Source: an uncultured Candidatus Saccharibacteria bacterium (GTDB lineage: Bacteria; Patescibacteriota; Minisyncoccia; Phycocordibacterales; UBA9973). Taken from it: DNA of 64,000 nucleotides. The DNA lies in assembly GCA_964348725.1 (NCBI GenBank), contig CAYGDG010000001.1, forward strand, positions 65,898 through 129,897, in the 5' to 3' direction. The notes under the pieces were generated by a model, which worked only from the letters and a program-made list of their open reading frames with translations, was not told the DNA's origin and did no database searches. This document shows, piece after piece, positions 17,281-27,013 of the stretch. Position 1 is the stretch's first letter; each line of letters begins with the position of its first letter. The position numbers and the translations under genes are program-made.

Positions 17281-18154
17281 ATTTATTACGCATAGCGGTT
17301 CTTTTCACGCAGACGATGTGTTTGCCTGTGCCACTTTGATGATCCTGCTCGATAAGCGCGGCGAAGGATATGAAGTCACTCGTACGCGCGAGCCGGAAAT
17401 CATAGCCGCCGGTGATTTTGTCTTTGATGTCGGCGGCATACATGATGAATCCATAAATCGTTTTGATCATCACCAGCCGGGCGGTGCAGGTAAGCGCGAC
17501 AATGGTATCGAATACGCATCGTTCGGACTTGTCTGGAAAAAATACGGCACGGAAGTGGCCGGCTCACACGAGGCGGCAAAAAAGATAGATCAAAAGCTCG
17601 CACAAGTGATAGACGCGGGGGATAATGGCATCAGTATTTCTAAAAATCTCTTTGAAGATGCTTCGCCGTATGAATTTCATAACATCATTCACGCATTCTT
17701 ACCGACCTGGCGTGAGGATACGGACAAGGACGCTCTCTTTTTAGAACTCGTTACATTCGGCAAAAAAATTCTTGAGCGCGAAATAGTAAAAGCCAAGAGC
17801 GCCGAGGACGACAGAAAGAAAGTACTCGAAGCATATGATGCCGCGGAAGATAAAAGGATCATAATTCTAGATGAAAGATATTCTTGGGGGGATACATTGT
17901 CCGAATTCCCCGAGCCGTTGTTTGTCATCCAGCCGCGCGAAGATGGTGCATGGAATATTGCGGCTATCCGTAAGGAAAAGGATTCATTTAAGAACCGCAA
18001 AGACTTGCCGGCCGCATGGGGTGGACTGACTGGCTCACAATTAGCGCAAGCTACCGGCGTATCGGATGCCGTGTTCTGCCACCGTGCTCTTTTTCTGGCT
18101 GGTGCCAAAAGCCGCGAAGGCGCTTTGAAAATGGTGCAAACTGTGGTAGAATGA
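17264..18154 (+). CDS. MYG1/UPF0160 family metal-dependent hydrolase
   Basis: N-terminal THSGSFHADDVFACA and DHHQPGG motifs typical of the MYG1 family. Confidence 0.8.
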   Translation: MDKKNKFITHSGSFHADDVFACATLMILLDKRGEGYEVTRTREPEIIAAGDFVFDVGGIHDESINRFDHHQPGGAGKRDNGIEYASFGLVWKKYGTEVAGSHEAAKKIDQKLAQVIDAGDNGISISKNLFEDASPYEFHNIIHAFLPTWREDTDKDALFLELVTFGKKILEREIVKAKSAEDDRKKVLEAYDAAEDKRIIILDERYSWGDTLSEFPEPLFVIQPREDGAWNIAAIRKEKDSFKNRKDLPAAWGGLTGSQLAQATGVSDAVFCHRALFLAGAKSREGALKMVQTVVE

Positions 18155-18158
18155 GAAT

Positions 18159-18542
18159 ATGGAACGCCCAAAGAATTTAAACCAGATAAAAATAGATTTT
18201 GATGCGGCAGAAACCGAGCATGCAAAAGATATAGAAAAAAAGATACAGATTTTGGCTTTGCGGAACAAGTACTTCAAGGAATATGTGGACCAAAAATTCC
18301 GTTTTGAAGATTACAATATGGCAGAAATAAAAAAGGATGCTATCAATGCCGATCTGAAAAAATTGGATTTGGAAAAAATGGCAACGACCGTGCTTGCCAC
18401 GGATAAAAATGGCTCTTTTAATCAATGGCGAGTGAATCTGGATTTCCAAAAACTGACCGAGCTATTTCGCGATATTACGGCGGATGTACTGGATGAAAAT
18501 GGCTTGATACAGGTGAAATCAGAGTTGAAAAATGCGGCATAA
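18159..18542 (+). CDS. Hypothetical protein
   Basis: 127-aa ORF with compact operon spacing. No domain recognised. Confidence 0.5.
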   Translation: MERPKNLNQIKIDFDAAETEHAKDIEKKIQILALRNKYFKEYVDQKFRFEDYNMAEIKKDAINADLKKLDLEKMATTVLATDKNGSFNQWRVNLDFQKLTELFRDITADVLDENGLIQVKSELKNAA

Positions 18543-18548
18543 AAATAA

Positions 18549-19544
18549 ATGGCATTCATAGATGAAATAAAAATATACGCGGAGGCTGGGCGCGGAGGCG
18601 ACGGCGTGGTGCGTTGGCGCCAGGAAAAATTTATTGAGCGTGGCGGCCCGGCTGGCGGCGACGGCGGCAAAGGTGGGGATGTGTATGCCCTCGCAGTGCG
18701 CGATGTGCATATCCTCGCGAAATACAAAGCGAAGAAAGAATTTCTCGCTGAGCGCGGCGAGGATGGCGGCAGCAAGCAGATGCACGGTGCGAATGGTAAA
18801 GATCTTTTTATAGAGCTTCCCATCGGCTCGGTCATCACGAATCTTGAAACCGAAGAAAAATTTTTACTCACGGAAGAGGGACAGAAAGAACTGCTCCTCA
18901 AAGGCGGCTGGGGAGGTTTTGGTAATGAACATTTCAAGAGCTCCACGAATGTTACCCCACAAGAAAATACCGCCGGCCAGCTCGGCGGTGCTTCACATTT
19001 TTCTATAGAACTTGAACTCTTCGCTGACATTGGGCTCGTGGGCTTGCCGAATGCCGGAAAATCTTCGCTCTTAAATTCCATCACCAATGCCGACGCAAAA
19101 GTGGGTGACTATGCTTTCACCACGCTGGACCCGAACCTTGGCGCTTTTTACGGCTACATCATCGCGGACATCCCGGGAATTATCGAAGGCGCATCCGAAG
19201 GCAAAGGCCTCGGCGTAAAATTTTTAAAACATGTAAAGCGCACGAAAATGCTCGCGCATCTTATCTCTTTTGAAAACCCGAATATGATGAAGACATATAA
19301 AGAAATCCGCGCCGAGCTGGAAGCCTATGATACAAAAGCAGGTATTACCGAAGGCGGGCTTTCCACAAAAGAAGAAATCATCGTCCTTACAAAGACCGAT
19401 GTACTACAGGATGAGCCGAAGATGATAGAAAAGAAAAAGAAAGAATTCGAAAAGCTCGGCAAGCCTGTTTTCACCCTATCGCTCTATGAAGATGACTCAG
19501 TAAAGAACTTCCGTGACGAGCTTATAAAAATTTTGAAAAAGTAG
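18549..19544 (+). CDS. obg: GTPase Obg/CgtA
   Basis: Obg fold with glycine-rich repeats (GGDGGKGGDV, GGWGGFGN), followed by G1-G4 GTPase motifs (GLPNAGKSSL, DIPG, TKTD). Confidence 0.95.
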   Translation: MAFIDEIKIYAEAGRGGDGVVRWRQEKFIERGGPAGGDGGKGGDVYALAVRDVHILAKYKAKKEFLAERGEDGGSKQMHGANGKDLFIELPIGSVITNLETEEKFLLTEEGQKELLLKGGWGGFGNEHFKSSTNVTPQENTAGQLGGASHFSIELELFADIGLVGLPNAGKSSLLNSITNADAKVGDYAFTTLDPNLGAFYGYIIADIPGIIEGASEGKGLGVKFLKHVKRTKMLAHLISFENPNMMKTYKEIRAELEAYDTKAGITEGGLSTKEEIIVLTKTDVLQDEPKMIEKKKKEFEKLGKPVFTLSLYEDDSVKNFRDELIKILKK

Positions 19545-19556
19545 TATACTATCTGG

Positions 19557-20990
19557 ATGGAAAAGAAGTATTATCCGACCATCGGACTTGAAATTCACGC
19601 GGAATTGGCGACGAAGACCAAGATGTTCTGCGCTTGCCTGAATGATCCGGACGAAGAAATTCCGAATAAAAATATCTGTCCCGTCTGCATGGCGCATCCG
19701 GGCACTTTGCCTGTGCCGAATAAGCAGGCCATTGAAAATGTGATAAAAATCGGCCTGGCGATAGGCGCGAATATCGCCGACTTTTCCGAATTTGACCGCA
19801 AGAATTATTTTTATCCCGACATACCAAAGGGTTACCAAATTTCACAATTCAAATACCCGATAGTTTCCGGCGGCAAGCTGGCTGATTTCGACATCACCCG
19901 TATCCATCTCGAAGAAGACACCGCGAACAATAAGCACGACCGCGGCGATTTTTCACTTATCGACTTCAACCGCGCCGGCGTACCGCTCTCCGAGCTCGTC
20001 ACTGAAGCGATGACATTCGATACTGCCGAAGATGCAGCCCACGCCGCTTCGAATTTTGCCAAAGAATACCAGCTATTGCTCCAGTATCTCGGCGTATGCG
20101 AAGCGAATATGGAAAAAGGCGAAATGCGCGTCGAAGCGAATGTATCCGTCTCGCCTGACCGCGAGAAAAAATGGAGCGCGTATGTGGAAGTAAAAAATCT
20201 GAACTCGTTCAAAACAGTAGAGAAAGCCATCAAGTATGAAGTCGAGCGGATGATAGAGCTTTTTGAAGCAGGCAGGGAAGCGGAAATCGTGAAGGAGACG
20301 CGCGGCTTCGACGACGGCAAGCAAGCCACTTTTTCCCAGCGCAAAAAAGAATCCAGCCAGGATTATCGTTATTTCCCGGATCCCGACCTGCCAAAGATGA
20401 AATTGCACGAAGCTTTTAATATCGAGAAATTAAGAAATGAATTGCCTGAGCTGCCGGTCGCCAAGCGCGCCCGTTATCAGAATGATTTCGGCATCAAGGA
20501 TGAAGACATCGAGACGTTCATCAATGAACATGAATTGGCGGCGTGGTTCGAAGGCACGGCTAAAATTTTAAATGACAAGGAAAAATCTCGCACTGCGGCG
20601 AACTTCATCACTTCTGACTTCATTGGTCTGCGAAAAGCTGACTTGGAGGCAAGACCTCCAAGCGCGGAGAGCTTTGCCGAATTGGTGAATATGTTCGCCG
20701 ATGCGAAGATATCTTCCCGCGCGGCCAAGGATATTTTGGCGATGATTTCCAAAAATGATGAAAGCCCGATGAAGATAGCCGAAGAGAAGAAATTGCTCCA
20801 GCAGAATGATGAAGGCGCATTGAAAGAAATCGTACAGAAAACGATAGACGCGAATCCCGAAGTCGTTGCTACATATAAGGGCGGAAAAGAAAATGCTATA
20901 ATGTCGCTAGTCGGAAAGGTGATAAAGGAGACGGCGGGCAGCGCCAATCCGCAAGTCGTTATAAAATTATTAAAAGAACTTTTAGCATAA
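19557..20990 (+). CDS. gatB: Asp-tRNA(Asn)/Glu-tRNA(Gln) amidotransferase subunit B
   Basis: YYPTIGLEIHAELATKTKMFCAC, the GatB N-terminal signature, plus a C-terminal YqeY-like domain. Confidence 0.95.
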   Translation: MEKKYYPTIGLEIHAELATKTKMFCACLNDPDEEIPNKNICPVCMAHPGTLPVPNKQAIENVIKIGLAIGANIADFSEFDRKNYFYPDIPKGYQISQFKYPIVSGGKLADFDITRIHLEEDTANNKHDRGDFSLIDFNRAGVPLSELVTEAMTFDTAEDAAHAASNFAKEYQLLLQYLGVCEANMEKGEMRVEANVSVSPDREKKWSAYVEVKNLNSFKTVEKAIKYEVERMIELFEAGREAEIVKETRGFDDGKQATFSQRKKESSQDYRYFPDPDLPKMKLHEAFNIEKLRNELPELPVAKRARYQNDFGIKDEDIETFINEHELAAWFEGTAKILNDKEKSRTAANFITSDFIGLRKADLEARPPSAESFAELVNMFADAKISSRAAKDILAMISKNDESPMKIAEEKKLLQQNDEGALKEIVQKTIDANPEVVATYKGGKENAIMSLVGKVIKETAGSANPQVVIKLLKELLA

Positions 20991-20999
20991 TCAAAATCA

Positions 21000-21866
21000 A
21001 TGAAAAGTTTGCGCGAATACATCACAGAAGCCGAAGAAAAAAAAGTAGCGATAGGACATTTTAATATTTCAAATCTGGAAGCTCTGCACGGCATTTATAA
21101 TGCTGCAAAGAAATTAAATCTGCCAGTCATCATTGGCCTTTCCGAAGGTGAAGAAAAATTCGTCGGGCGGGAAGAAGCCGTCGCCCTTATAAAAACAATC
21201 CGCGAGCGGGATAATTTTCCCATATTCCTGAATGCCGACCATCACGCTTCCTTTGAATCCGTCAAAGCGTGCATTGATGACGGCTTTGATATGGAAATCA
21301 TCGACGGCGCGAAGCTTTCTTTTGAAGAAAATATAAAACTCACCAAGCAGTGCGTCGATTACGCGCGCGAAATCAGCCAGAAAACCGGACGCGACATCCT
21401 CATAGAAGCTGAGCTCGGTTACATCGGCTCCGGATCGGACATCAAGGAAAAAATTCCTGAAGGTGCGGGTGTGCTCACCACTCCGGAAGACGCGAAAAGA
21501 TTCGTGGATGAGACCGGTGTAGACCTTTTCGCCCCATCCGTCGGCAGCATTCATGGCCTCATCAAGAGCGGCAAGCCACATATCGATGCCGAGCTCGTAA
21601 AAAAGATCCGTGAAGCCACAGGCAAGCCGCTTGTCCTCCACGGTGGCTCGGGTCTTCGCGATGAAGACTTTACGAACGCCATCGCTGCCGGCATTTCCAT
21701 CGTGCATATAAATTCCGAACTCCGCCTCGCATTCCGCGACGCAGTGCAAAAAACAATTATGGAAAATCCCGAAGAGATCACTCCAGCAAAACTCTTGAAG
21801 CCGGCTGTGAGTGCGATTGAAGCTGTGGTGGAATCACGATTAAAACTTTTTAATAATATAAAGTAA
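21000..21866 (+). CDS. fba: Class II fructose/ketose-bisphosphate aldolase
   Basis: VAIGHFNISNLE, LNADHHASFE and VLHGGSGL match the class II aldolase metal-binding motifs. Confidence 0.85.
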   Translation: MKSLREYITEAEEKKVAIGHFNISNLEALHGIYNAAKKLNLPVIIGLSEGEEKFVGREEAVALIKTIRERDNFPIFLNADHHASFESVKACIDDGFDMEIIDGAKLSFEENIKLTKQCVDYAREISQKTGRDILIEAELGYIGSGSDIKEKIPEGAGVLTTPEDAKRFVDETGVDLFAPSVGSIHGLIKSGKPHIDAELVKKIREATGKPLVLHGGSGLRDEDFTNAIAAGISIVHINSELRLAFRDAVQKTIMENPEEITPAKLLKPAVSAIEAVVESRLKLFNNIK

Positions 21867-21870
21867 TTTT

Positions 21871-22599
21871 ATGAAAAAAATACAATTTCTTTTACTCATA
21901 CTTTTCATCGGACTTTCTTTTCTTTATTTTAAATATAATTTCGGCGCCGAAAATACGGATAAGATTTTCATCACCATCACTACATTCTTCTTTTCTATTT
22001 TTACCGGATTCTTTATTACCAGGCAGGGAACTCGCTACACAAAAATCCGCGAGATAATTAGTTCCTTTGACGGCAAGATGTCCTCCACATATCGCGTGGC
22101 GGGAAATATTTCTGCGTCCGTACAGCAAAGAATCGGCGCAATCATCGCCGAGCACTATAAAAAAATATTAGATTCACAATCTTGGGATTATCATTTCACC
22201 CATAAATCAAATACTATTTCCACTGTCCATAATATTTTGGAAGAAGAAATCGGCGGCGCAAAACAGGAAAGCCTACGCAATCAATCCGTCGGTCGCGTAC
22301 TCGCAAATATGGGCGACTGCCAAGTGCTTCGCAAGAATATGGTGATGATCTATCAAGAGCGCATACCGAGCTTCCAGTGGTTTCTCATCTGTTTCTTTAT
22401 GCTTATTCTTCTCTCTGCTGTCACCGTCATCCCGTCTGCCGGTTTTCTGCTCGGCTCCATTCTCAAATCCGCTTTCGTCGTTTCCATTCTGTCTGTCATT
22501 GTCATCCTCCACAATCTGGACAATCTGCACTTATTTGAGCGTTTCATTGGCGAAAACTCCGCCCGTGATGTGGTAGGAATAATTGAGGGGCATAAATAA
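21871..22599 (+). CDS. Membrane protein of unknown function
   Basis: Two N-terminal and two C-terminal TM helices flank a soluble loop. It resembles the DUF4239-type layout. Confidence 0.55.
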   Translation: MKKIQFLLLILFIGLSFLYFKYNFGAENTDKIFITITTFFFSIFTGFFITRQGTRYTKIREIISSFDGKMSSTYRVAGNISASVQQRIGAIIAEHYKKILDSQSWDYHFTHKSNTISTVHNILEEEIGGAKQESLRNQSVGRVLANMGDCQVLRKNMVMIYQERIPSFQWFLICFFMLILLSAVTVIPSAGFLLGSILKSAFVVSILSVIVILHNLDNLHLFERFIGENSARDVVGIIEGHK

Positions 22600-22838
22600 T
22601 GAAACATAAACTTCTAGAAATGTATGGCTGGTACGGGGCGGTAGCCATTCTTACGAGCTTTTTTCTCATCAGTTTCAATTATGTAGATTCTCATTCCCTG
22701 ATTTATCAAATACTAAATTTCACCGGTGCGCTCGGGATTGCCCTTAATGCAATAGTTAAAAAAGATTATCCGGCGAGTGCCTTAAATATTATTTATTCTA
22801 TTATCGCTCTTGTCGTCTTGGCGCAGATAATTTTCTAG
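22599..22838 (+). CDS. Small membrane protein (79 aa)
   Basis: Three hydrophobic helices. Its start overlaps the upstream stop. Confidence 0.5.
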   Translation: MKHKLLEMYGWYGAVAILTSFFLISFNYVDSHSLIYQILNFTGALGIALNAIVKKDYPASALNIIYSIIALVVLAQIIF

Positions 22839-23759
22839 ATGATTTATCTAACCGCAGGTGAAGAGTATAACGATATAGATGCTTTTGCCTGTGCAGTTGC
22901 GTATGGGTACTTTCTTACACAAAAAGGAATTGAGAATAAGATTTATTTACCTGGGCCGCTCAATGCGAGCATTACGGAGAACATTAAGTCGTGGAAAATA
23001 AATTTTGAAACGAAAATTACTGTAGAAAAAGAGGATAAATTTGTGGTTGTTGATGTTTCAGAACCGAAACATATTGCTAGAGCCGCTACAGAGCAATCAA
23101 TCATAGAAATTTTTGACCATAGATACGGCTTTCAGGAATATTGGCAGAAATTACTTGGCGAAAAAGCAAAAATAGAATTTGTCGGCTCTTGCGCCACTCT
23201 CATATGGGAAGAGTATAAGAAGTCCGGCGTCAGTATTGATGCGCTCAATGCGAATTTGCTTGCTATTGCCATCGTCTCCAATACTTTGGATTTTAAATCA
23301 TCGGTCAATACAGAACGAGATATAATTGCGTATAAAGAATTGGAATCCTTTATGGATTTGCCGAAAAATTGGAAAGAAAAGTATTTTAATGACCAGGTGT
23401 CTTTTGTTCAAAATAATCCAGAAAAAGCTATAAAAGAAGATACTAAAATAATTTTAGACAAGATAGCTTTCGGTCAGGTAGAAATCTGGAACGGGAAGCA
23501 ATTCGTGCAAGACAATTTGCCCATCGCTAAAAAAGTCCTACAAAGTTTCGGTTATCCGGATTGGATGCTCAGTGTACCGAGCATCAGTGAGGGAATTAAT
23601 TATATTTATACAGAAAGCCCTGGATTGAAAGATTTACTTAATCAAACAATAGGAGTAAAATTTGAAGGGGATATCGGAAAAACCGATAAGCTCTGGTTGC
23701 GGAAAGAAATCCGCGCAAAGTTGTTGAAATTACAAGAAACGAGTACCGCGAGTATCTAA
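22839..23759 (+). CDS. DHH-family phosphoesterase-like protein (catalytic DHH degenerated to DHR)
   Basis: DHH motifs I (NDIDAFACAVA), II (FVVVDVSEP) and IV (GSCATL) are present. Motif III reads IFDHRYG rather than DHH. Confidence 0.5.
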   Translation: MIYLTAGEEYNDIDAFACAVAYGYFLTQKGIENKIYLPGPLNASITENIKSWKINFETKITVEKEDKFVVVDVSEPKHIARAATEQSIIEIFDHRYGFQEYWQKLLGEKAKIEFVGSCATLIWEEYKKSGVSIDALNANLLAIAIVSNTLDFKSSVNTERDIIAYKELESFMDLPKNWKEKYFNDQVSFVQNNPEKAIKEDTKIILDKIAFGQVEIWNGKQFVQDNLPIAKKVLQSFGYPDWMLSVPSISEGINYIYTESPGLKDLLNQTIGVKFEGDIGKTDKLWLRKEIRAKLLKLQETSTASI

Positions 23760-23796
23760 TTACATTCTAATATTCTATAGAATTATAGAATAGATT

Positions 23797-24075
23797 ATGA
23801 ACAAAAAATTAGAGTACAGAAAGCTGGAGAGAATAGTCAAAGGTTTTGCGAATCATCGGCGATTACAAGTTTTGGAACTTCTTGAAAAAGAGTCTGAGTT
23901 GTCGGTGGGCGATATAGCAGAAAAAGTAAAATCAGATATAAAAAATATCTCTGCGCACATACATAAGATGGCTATTGCCGGTTTAATTATGAAAAGGAAC
24001 GAGGGAAACATCGTGCGCCATAAACTAACTAATCGTGGTAAAAGTATTCTACAATTCGTTAGAATTATAGAATAG
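23797..24075 (+). CDS. ArsR/SmtB-family transcriptional regulator
   Basis: 92 aa with a winged HTH: RRLQVLELL...LSVGDIAEKV...ISAHIHKMAIAGLIMKR. Confidence 0.75.
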   Translation: MNKKLEYRKLERIVKGFANHRRLQVLELLEKESELSVGDIAEKVKSDIKNISAHIHKMAIAGLIMKRNEGNIVRHKLTNRGKSILQFVRIIE

Positions 24076-24082
24076 ATAAATT

Positions 24083-24550
24083 ATGAAAAAAACCGAAGCG
24101 GCATTTAAGTGGATAGTAAATATTTTAAATGAGCATCAGATTCCTTTCCAAATTGCCGGAGGATTTGCCGCTCGGCTGTATGGGTCTACAAGAGAACTTG
24201 CTGATATCGATATAGATATCCCCGCAGGAAGAATCGAAGACATACAAGAGGATGTGAAAGAATATATAATCTTTGGCCCTGAGATGTATAAAGATGAAAA
24301 TTGGGATTTATTATTGATGACCTTGCGATATGAAGGCCAGGATATAGATATTTCTAGTATTGATACGGTCAAAATTTTTAATCAAAATACCCAGAATTGG
24401 GAAGATGGTGCTTTAGATTTTCAAGATACAAGAATCCATACTGTCTTTGGTCTGGATGTTCCAGTCATTTCTAGGGAAAATCTGATAAAATATAAGAGCA
24501 AGCTCTTGAGAGAAGTAGATAAGCTAGATATTGAAGAAATTTCAAAATGA
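24083..24550 (+). CDS. ANT(2'')/Lnu(A)-family nucleotidyltransferase-like protein
   Basis: IPFQIAGGFAARLYGSTRELADIDIDIP parallels the WIGGGWAIDARLGRVTRKHDDIDLTFP core of aminoglycoside-2''-adenylyltransferase and lincosamide nucleotidyltransferase. About 155 aa. Confidence 0.65.
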   Translation: MKKTEAAFKWIVNILNEHQIPFQIAGGFAARLYGSTRELADIDIDIPAGRIEDIQEDVKEYIIFGPEMYKDENWDLLLMTLRYEGQDIDISSIDTVKIFNQNTQNWEDGALDFQDTRIHTVFGLDVPVISRENLIKYKSKLLREVDKLDIEEISK

Positions 24551-26274
24551 AATCCGAAATCAAAAAATTCTTTAAGGGGGAAGTGGAGGATGATGTGGAA
24601 ACACTCGGCAAGTACAGCCACGATGCGAGCATTTTTGAAGTGCGGCCGCAGGTGGTGTGCTATCCGAAGGATTCGTACGATGTACAGCACCTCGTCGCCT
24701 GGGTGGCGGATAATAAAAAACATCATCCGCATCTTTCCATCACCGCCCGCTGTGCTGGCACGGACATGTCCGGTGCGGCCATTGGTGAATCCATTATTTT
24801 GGATTTCACCCGGCATATGAATAAATTGATTGCATTCTCACCCTCTCCTTTACAAGGAGAGGGCCGGGGTGAGGTGAATTCCACTTCCATCACCGTCCAG
24901 CCCGGTATGTTCTACCGCGATTTTGAAAAAATTACTTTGGAGAAGGGAATGATTCTGCCGTGTTATACCGCTTCAAAGAGCATCAATGCAGTGGGCGGGA
25001 TGTACGGTAATAATTCTGCCGGCGAGCGCACGCTGAAATACGGCAAGACGGAGAATTATATCGTGTCGGCGAAAGTGGTTTTTGCGGATGGTGTTGAAAG
25101 GGAAGTGAAATCTTTTCCGGTAGGTATGATGGAAAAACAGCCAGAGATGTACAGGAAATTGTACGAGCTCGTAAAAAATAATGAAGACGATATTACTCAT
25201 GCAAAGCCGCAGGTAAGCAAGAATTCCGCCGGATATTATTTGTGGAATCTAATCCGGCGGGACTCTGCTAATTTTGCCGCTTTACCCGCAAGCGGGCTCC
25301 GACAGGGCCAAAATTCCCAGAGTCCCGCCTACTTTGATCTGAACAAAGTACTTGTCGGCTCGCAAGGCACGCTCGGCATTGCTACGGAAATCACTTTTCG
25401 CCTCGTGCCAGAGCAGAAATATTCAAAATTAGTGGCGATATTCATGAATGACCTTTCGCCGCTCGGGCGCCTTGTGCCGGAGATATTATCGCAAGAGCCG
25501 GAAACGCTAGAGAGCTATGACGACAAGACTATGAAGCTTGCCGTGCGATTTTTCCCCGATTTTTTAAAAAATAAAGGACTCATCGGAATGATAAAATTCA
25601 TGTGGAGCTTTGTACCGGAATTAAAAATGATGCTCGGTATTCATGGGGGTGGTTTCCCGAAACTCATTTTACTTGCGGAATTTGCCGGCGAAAATGAGGA
25701 AGAAGCGCACAAGAAATGCGAGCGATTGGTGGAACGCATCAAAGAATTTAAATTAAAGACACACATCACAAAGAGCAAAGCTGAGGCGGATAAGTATTGG
25801 GACATCCGTCGGCAGAGCTTCGCACTCCTGCGCAAGCACGTGGCGGGAAAAAAAACCGCGCCGTTCATAGATGACATCATCGTGCGTCCGGAATTCTTGC
25901 CGAAATTTATTCCGGAGCTGAACGCCATACTTTCAAAATATGATTTGACCTATACCATAGCCGGCCACGCAGGCGACGGGAATTTCCACATCATCCCGCT
26001 GATGGATTTCAAACGCGAAGACACGGGGAAGATAATCATGGAGCTGTCAGACAAAGTGTATGACCTGGTGGCGCGCTATCGCGGCTCCATCACCGCCGAG
26101 CACAATGACGGTCTCGTGCGCACGCCGTATCTCGGCAAAATGTACAGTGAAAAGATGCTCCGCCTCTTTGCTGAAACCAAGAAGATTTTTGATCCGCAAT
26201 ACATTCTCAATCCAGGTAAAAAAGTGGGCACCACTAAGCAGTATTTAGCAGAGCATATCTCGAAAAACATCTAG
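24547..26274 (+). CDS. FAD-linked oxidase (GlcD/D-lactate dehydrogenase family)
   Basis: PCMH-type FAD-binding domain (ITARCAGTDMSGAA...TVQPGM) and a C-terminal FAD-oxidase domain. It contains two in-frame repeat insertions. Confidence 0.85.
   Translation: MKSEIKKFFKGEVEDDVETLGKYSHDASIFEVRPQVVCYPKDSYDVQHLVAWVADNKKHHPHLSITARCAGTDMSGAAIGESIILDFTRHMNKLIAFSPSPLQGEGRGEVNSTSITVQPGMFYRDFEKITLEKGMILPCYTASKSINAVGGMYGNNSAGERTLKYGKTENYIVSAKVVFADGVEREVKSFPVGMMEKQPEMYRKLYELVKNNEDDITHAKPQVSKNSAGYYLWNLIRRDSANFAALPASGLRQGQNSQSPAYFDLNKVLVGSQGTLGIATEITFRLVPEQKYSKLVAIFMNDLSPLGRLVPEILSQEPETLESYDDKTMKLAVRFFPDFLKNKGLIGMIKFMWSFVPELKMMLGIHGGGFPKLILLAEFAGENEEEAHKKCERLVERIKEFKLKTHITKSKAEADKYWDIRRQSFALLRKHVAGKKTAPFIDDIIVRPEFLPKFIPELNAILSKYDLTYTIAGHAGDGNFHIIPLMDFKREDTGKIIMELSDKVYDLVARYRGSITAEHNDGLVRTPYLGKMYSEKMLRLFAETKKIFDPQYILNPGKKVGTTKQYLAEHISKNI
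24841..24876. repeat. Family-A GC-rich palindromic repeat inserted in frame in the FAD oxidase gene
   Basis: CCCTCTCC-TTTACAA-GGAGAGGG-CCGGGGTGAGGTG, translated PLQGEGRGEV. About 29/36 nt identical to the copy at 35231-35263. Confidence 0.7.
25279..25330. repeat. Family-B-like palindromic repeat (TTTACCCGC-AA-GCGGG...) in frame in the FAD oxidase gene
   Basis: TTTACCCGCAAGCGGGCTCCGACAGGGCCAAAATTCC, translated LPASGLRQGQNSQSP. It shares TTTACCCGC...GCGGG with the atpG copy at 35561. Confidence 0.5.
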
Positions 26275-26324
26275 TCGCTTCCTCAGCTCTTGCATTTTTT
26301 AATTTTTCATATATACTCAGGACT

Positions 26325-26975
26325 ATGTTAGTTTTAAAGGCAAAAAGCAGGAATATCAGCGAAAATAACGAAACCTTGAGAAAAGGCGGCTCTTTGCCGG
26401 CAGTATTCTACGGCGCAGGAAAGAACTCGACTCCTATTTCCATCTCCATGATCGAATTCAAGAAGATCTGGCACAAGGCCGGTGAATCTACGACCGTAAA
26501 GATCGAGTCCGATGCGGGAGCAGTAGACACGCTCATTCACGAAGTGCAGACCGATCCGGTGACTGATGAGCCGATACACGCGGACTTTCTCGTCATCGAT
26601 ATGAACAAGAAGATCAAGGTGAACGTAGCCCTCGAATTCGAAGGCGTATCCGGTGCGGTAAAAGGCAATCTCGGAAACTTGGTCAAAGTGCTTCACGAAG
26701 TTGAAATCGAAGCGCTCCCGAAAGATCTGCCGCACAATCTCGTTGTCGATATCTCTCATTTGAACGCAGTCGGCGATCAGATCCTCGTATCCGACATCAA
26801 AGTACCGACCGGAGTAGAGATCATCTCTGGTCCTGAAGAAGTAGTAGCTTCCATCGCTGAACAGAAAGAAGAAGTTGAAGAAACCGCACCAGTAGACCTC
26901 TCCAGCATCGAAGTGGAAAAGAAAGGCAAGAAAGAAGAAGAGGGAGCTGAAGGCGCTGCTGAAGAGAAAAAATAG
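26325..26975 (+). CDS. rplY: 50S ribosomal protein L25/general stress protein Ctc
   Basis: Ctc-form L25 with the N-terminal L25 domain and a C-terminal acidic extension. The ATG follows a TATACT -10 box by 7 nt. Confidence 0.9.
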   Translation: MLVLKAKSRNISENNETLRKGGSLPAVFYGAGKNSTPISISMIEFKKIWHKAGESTTVKIESDAGAVDTLIHEVQTDPVTDEPIHADFLVIDMNKKIKVNVALEFEGVSGAVKGNLGNLVKVLHEVEIEALPKDLPHNLVVDISHLNAVGDQILVSDIKVPTGVEIISGPEEVVASIAEQKEEVEETAPVDLSSIEVEKKGKKEEEGAEGAAEEKK

Positions 26976-27013
26976 CCCTGAAATAAAACAAAATATATGG
27001 TACAATAAAAACT

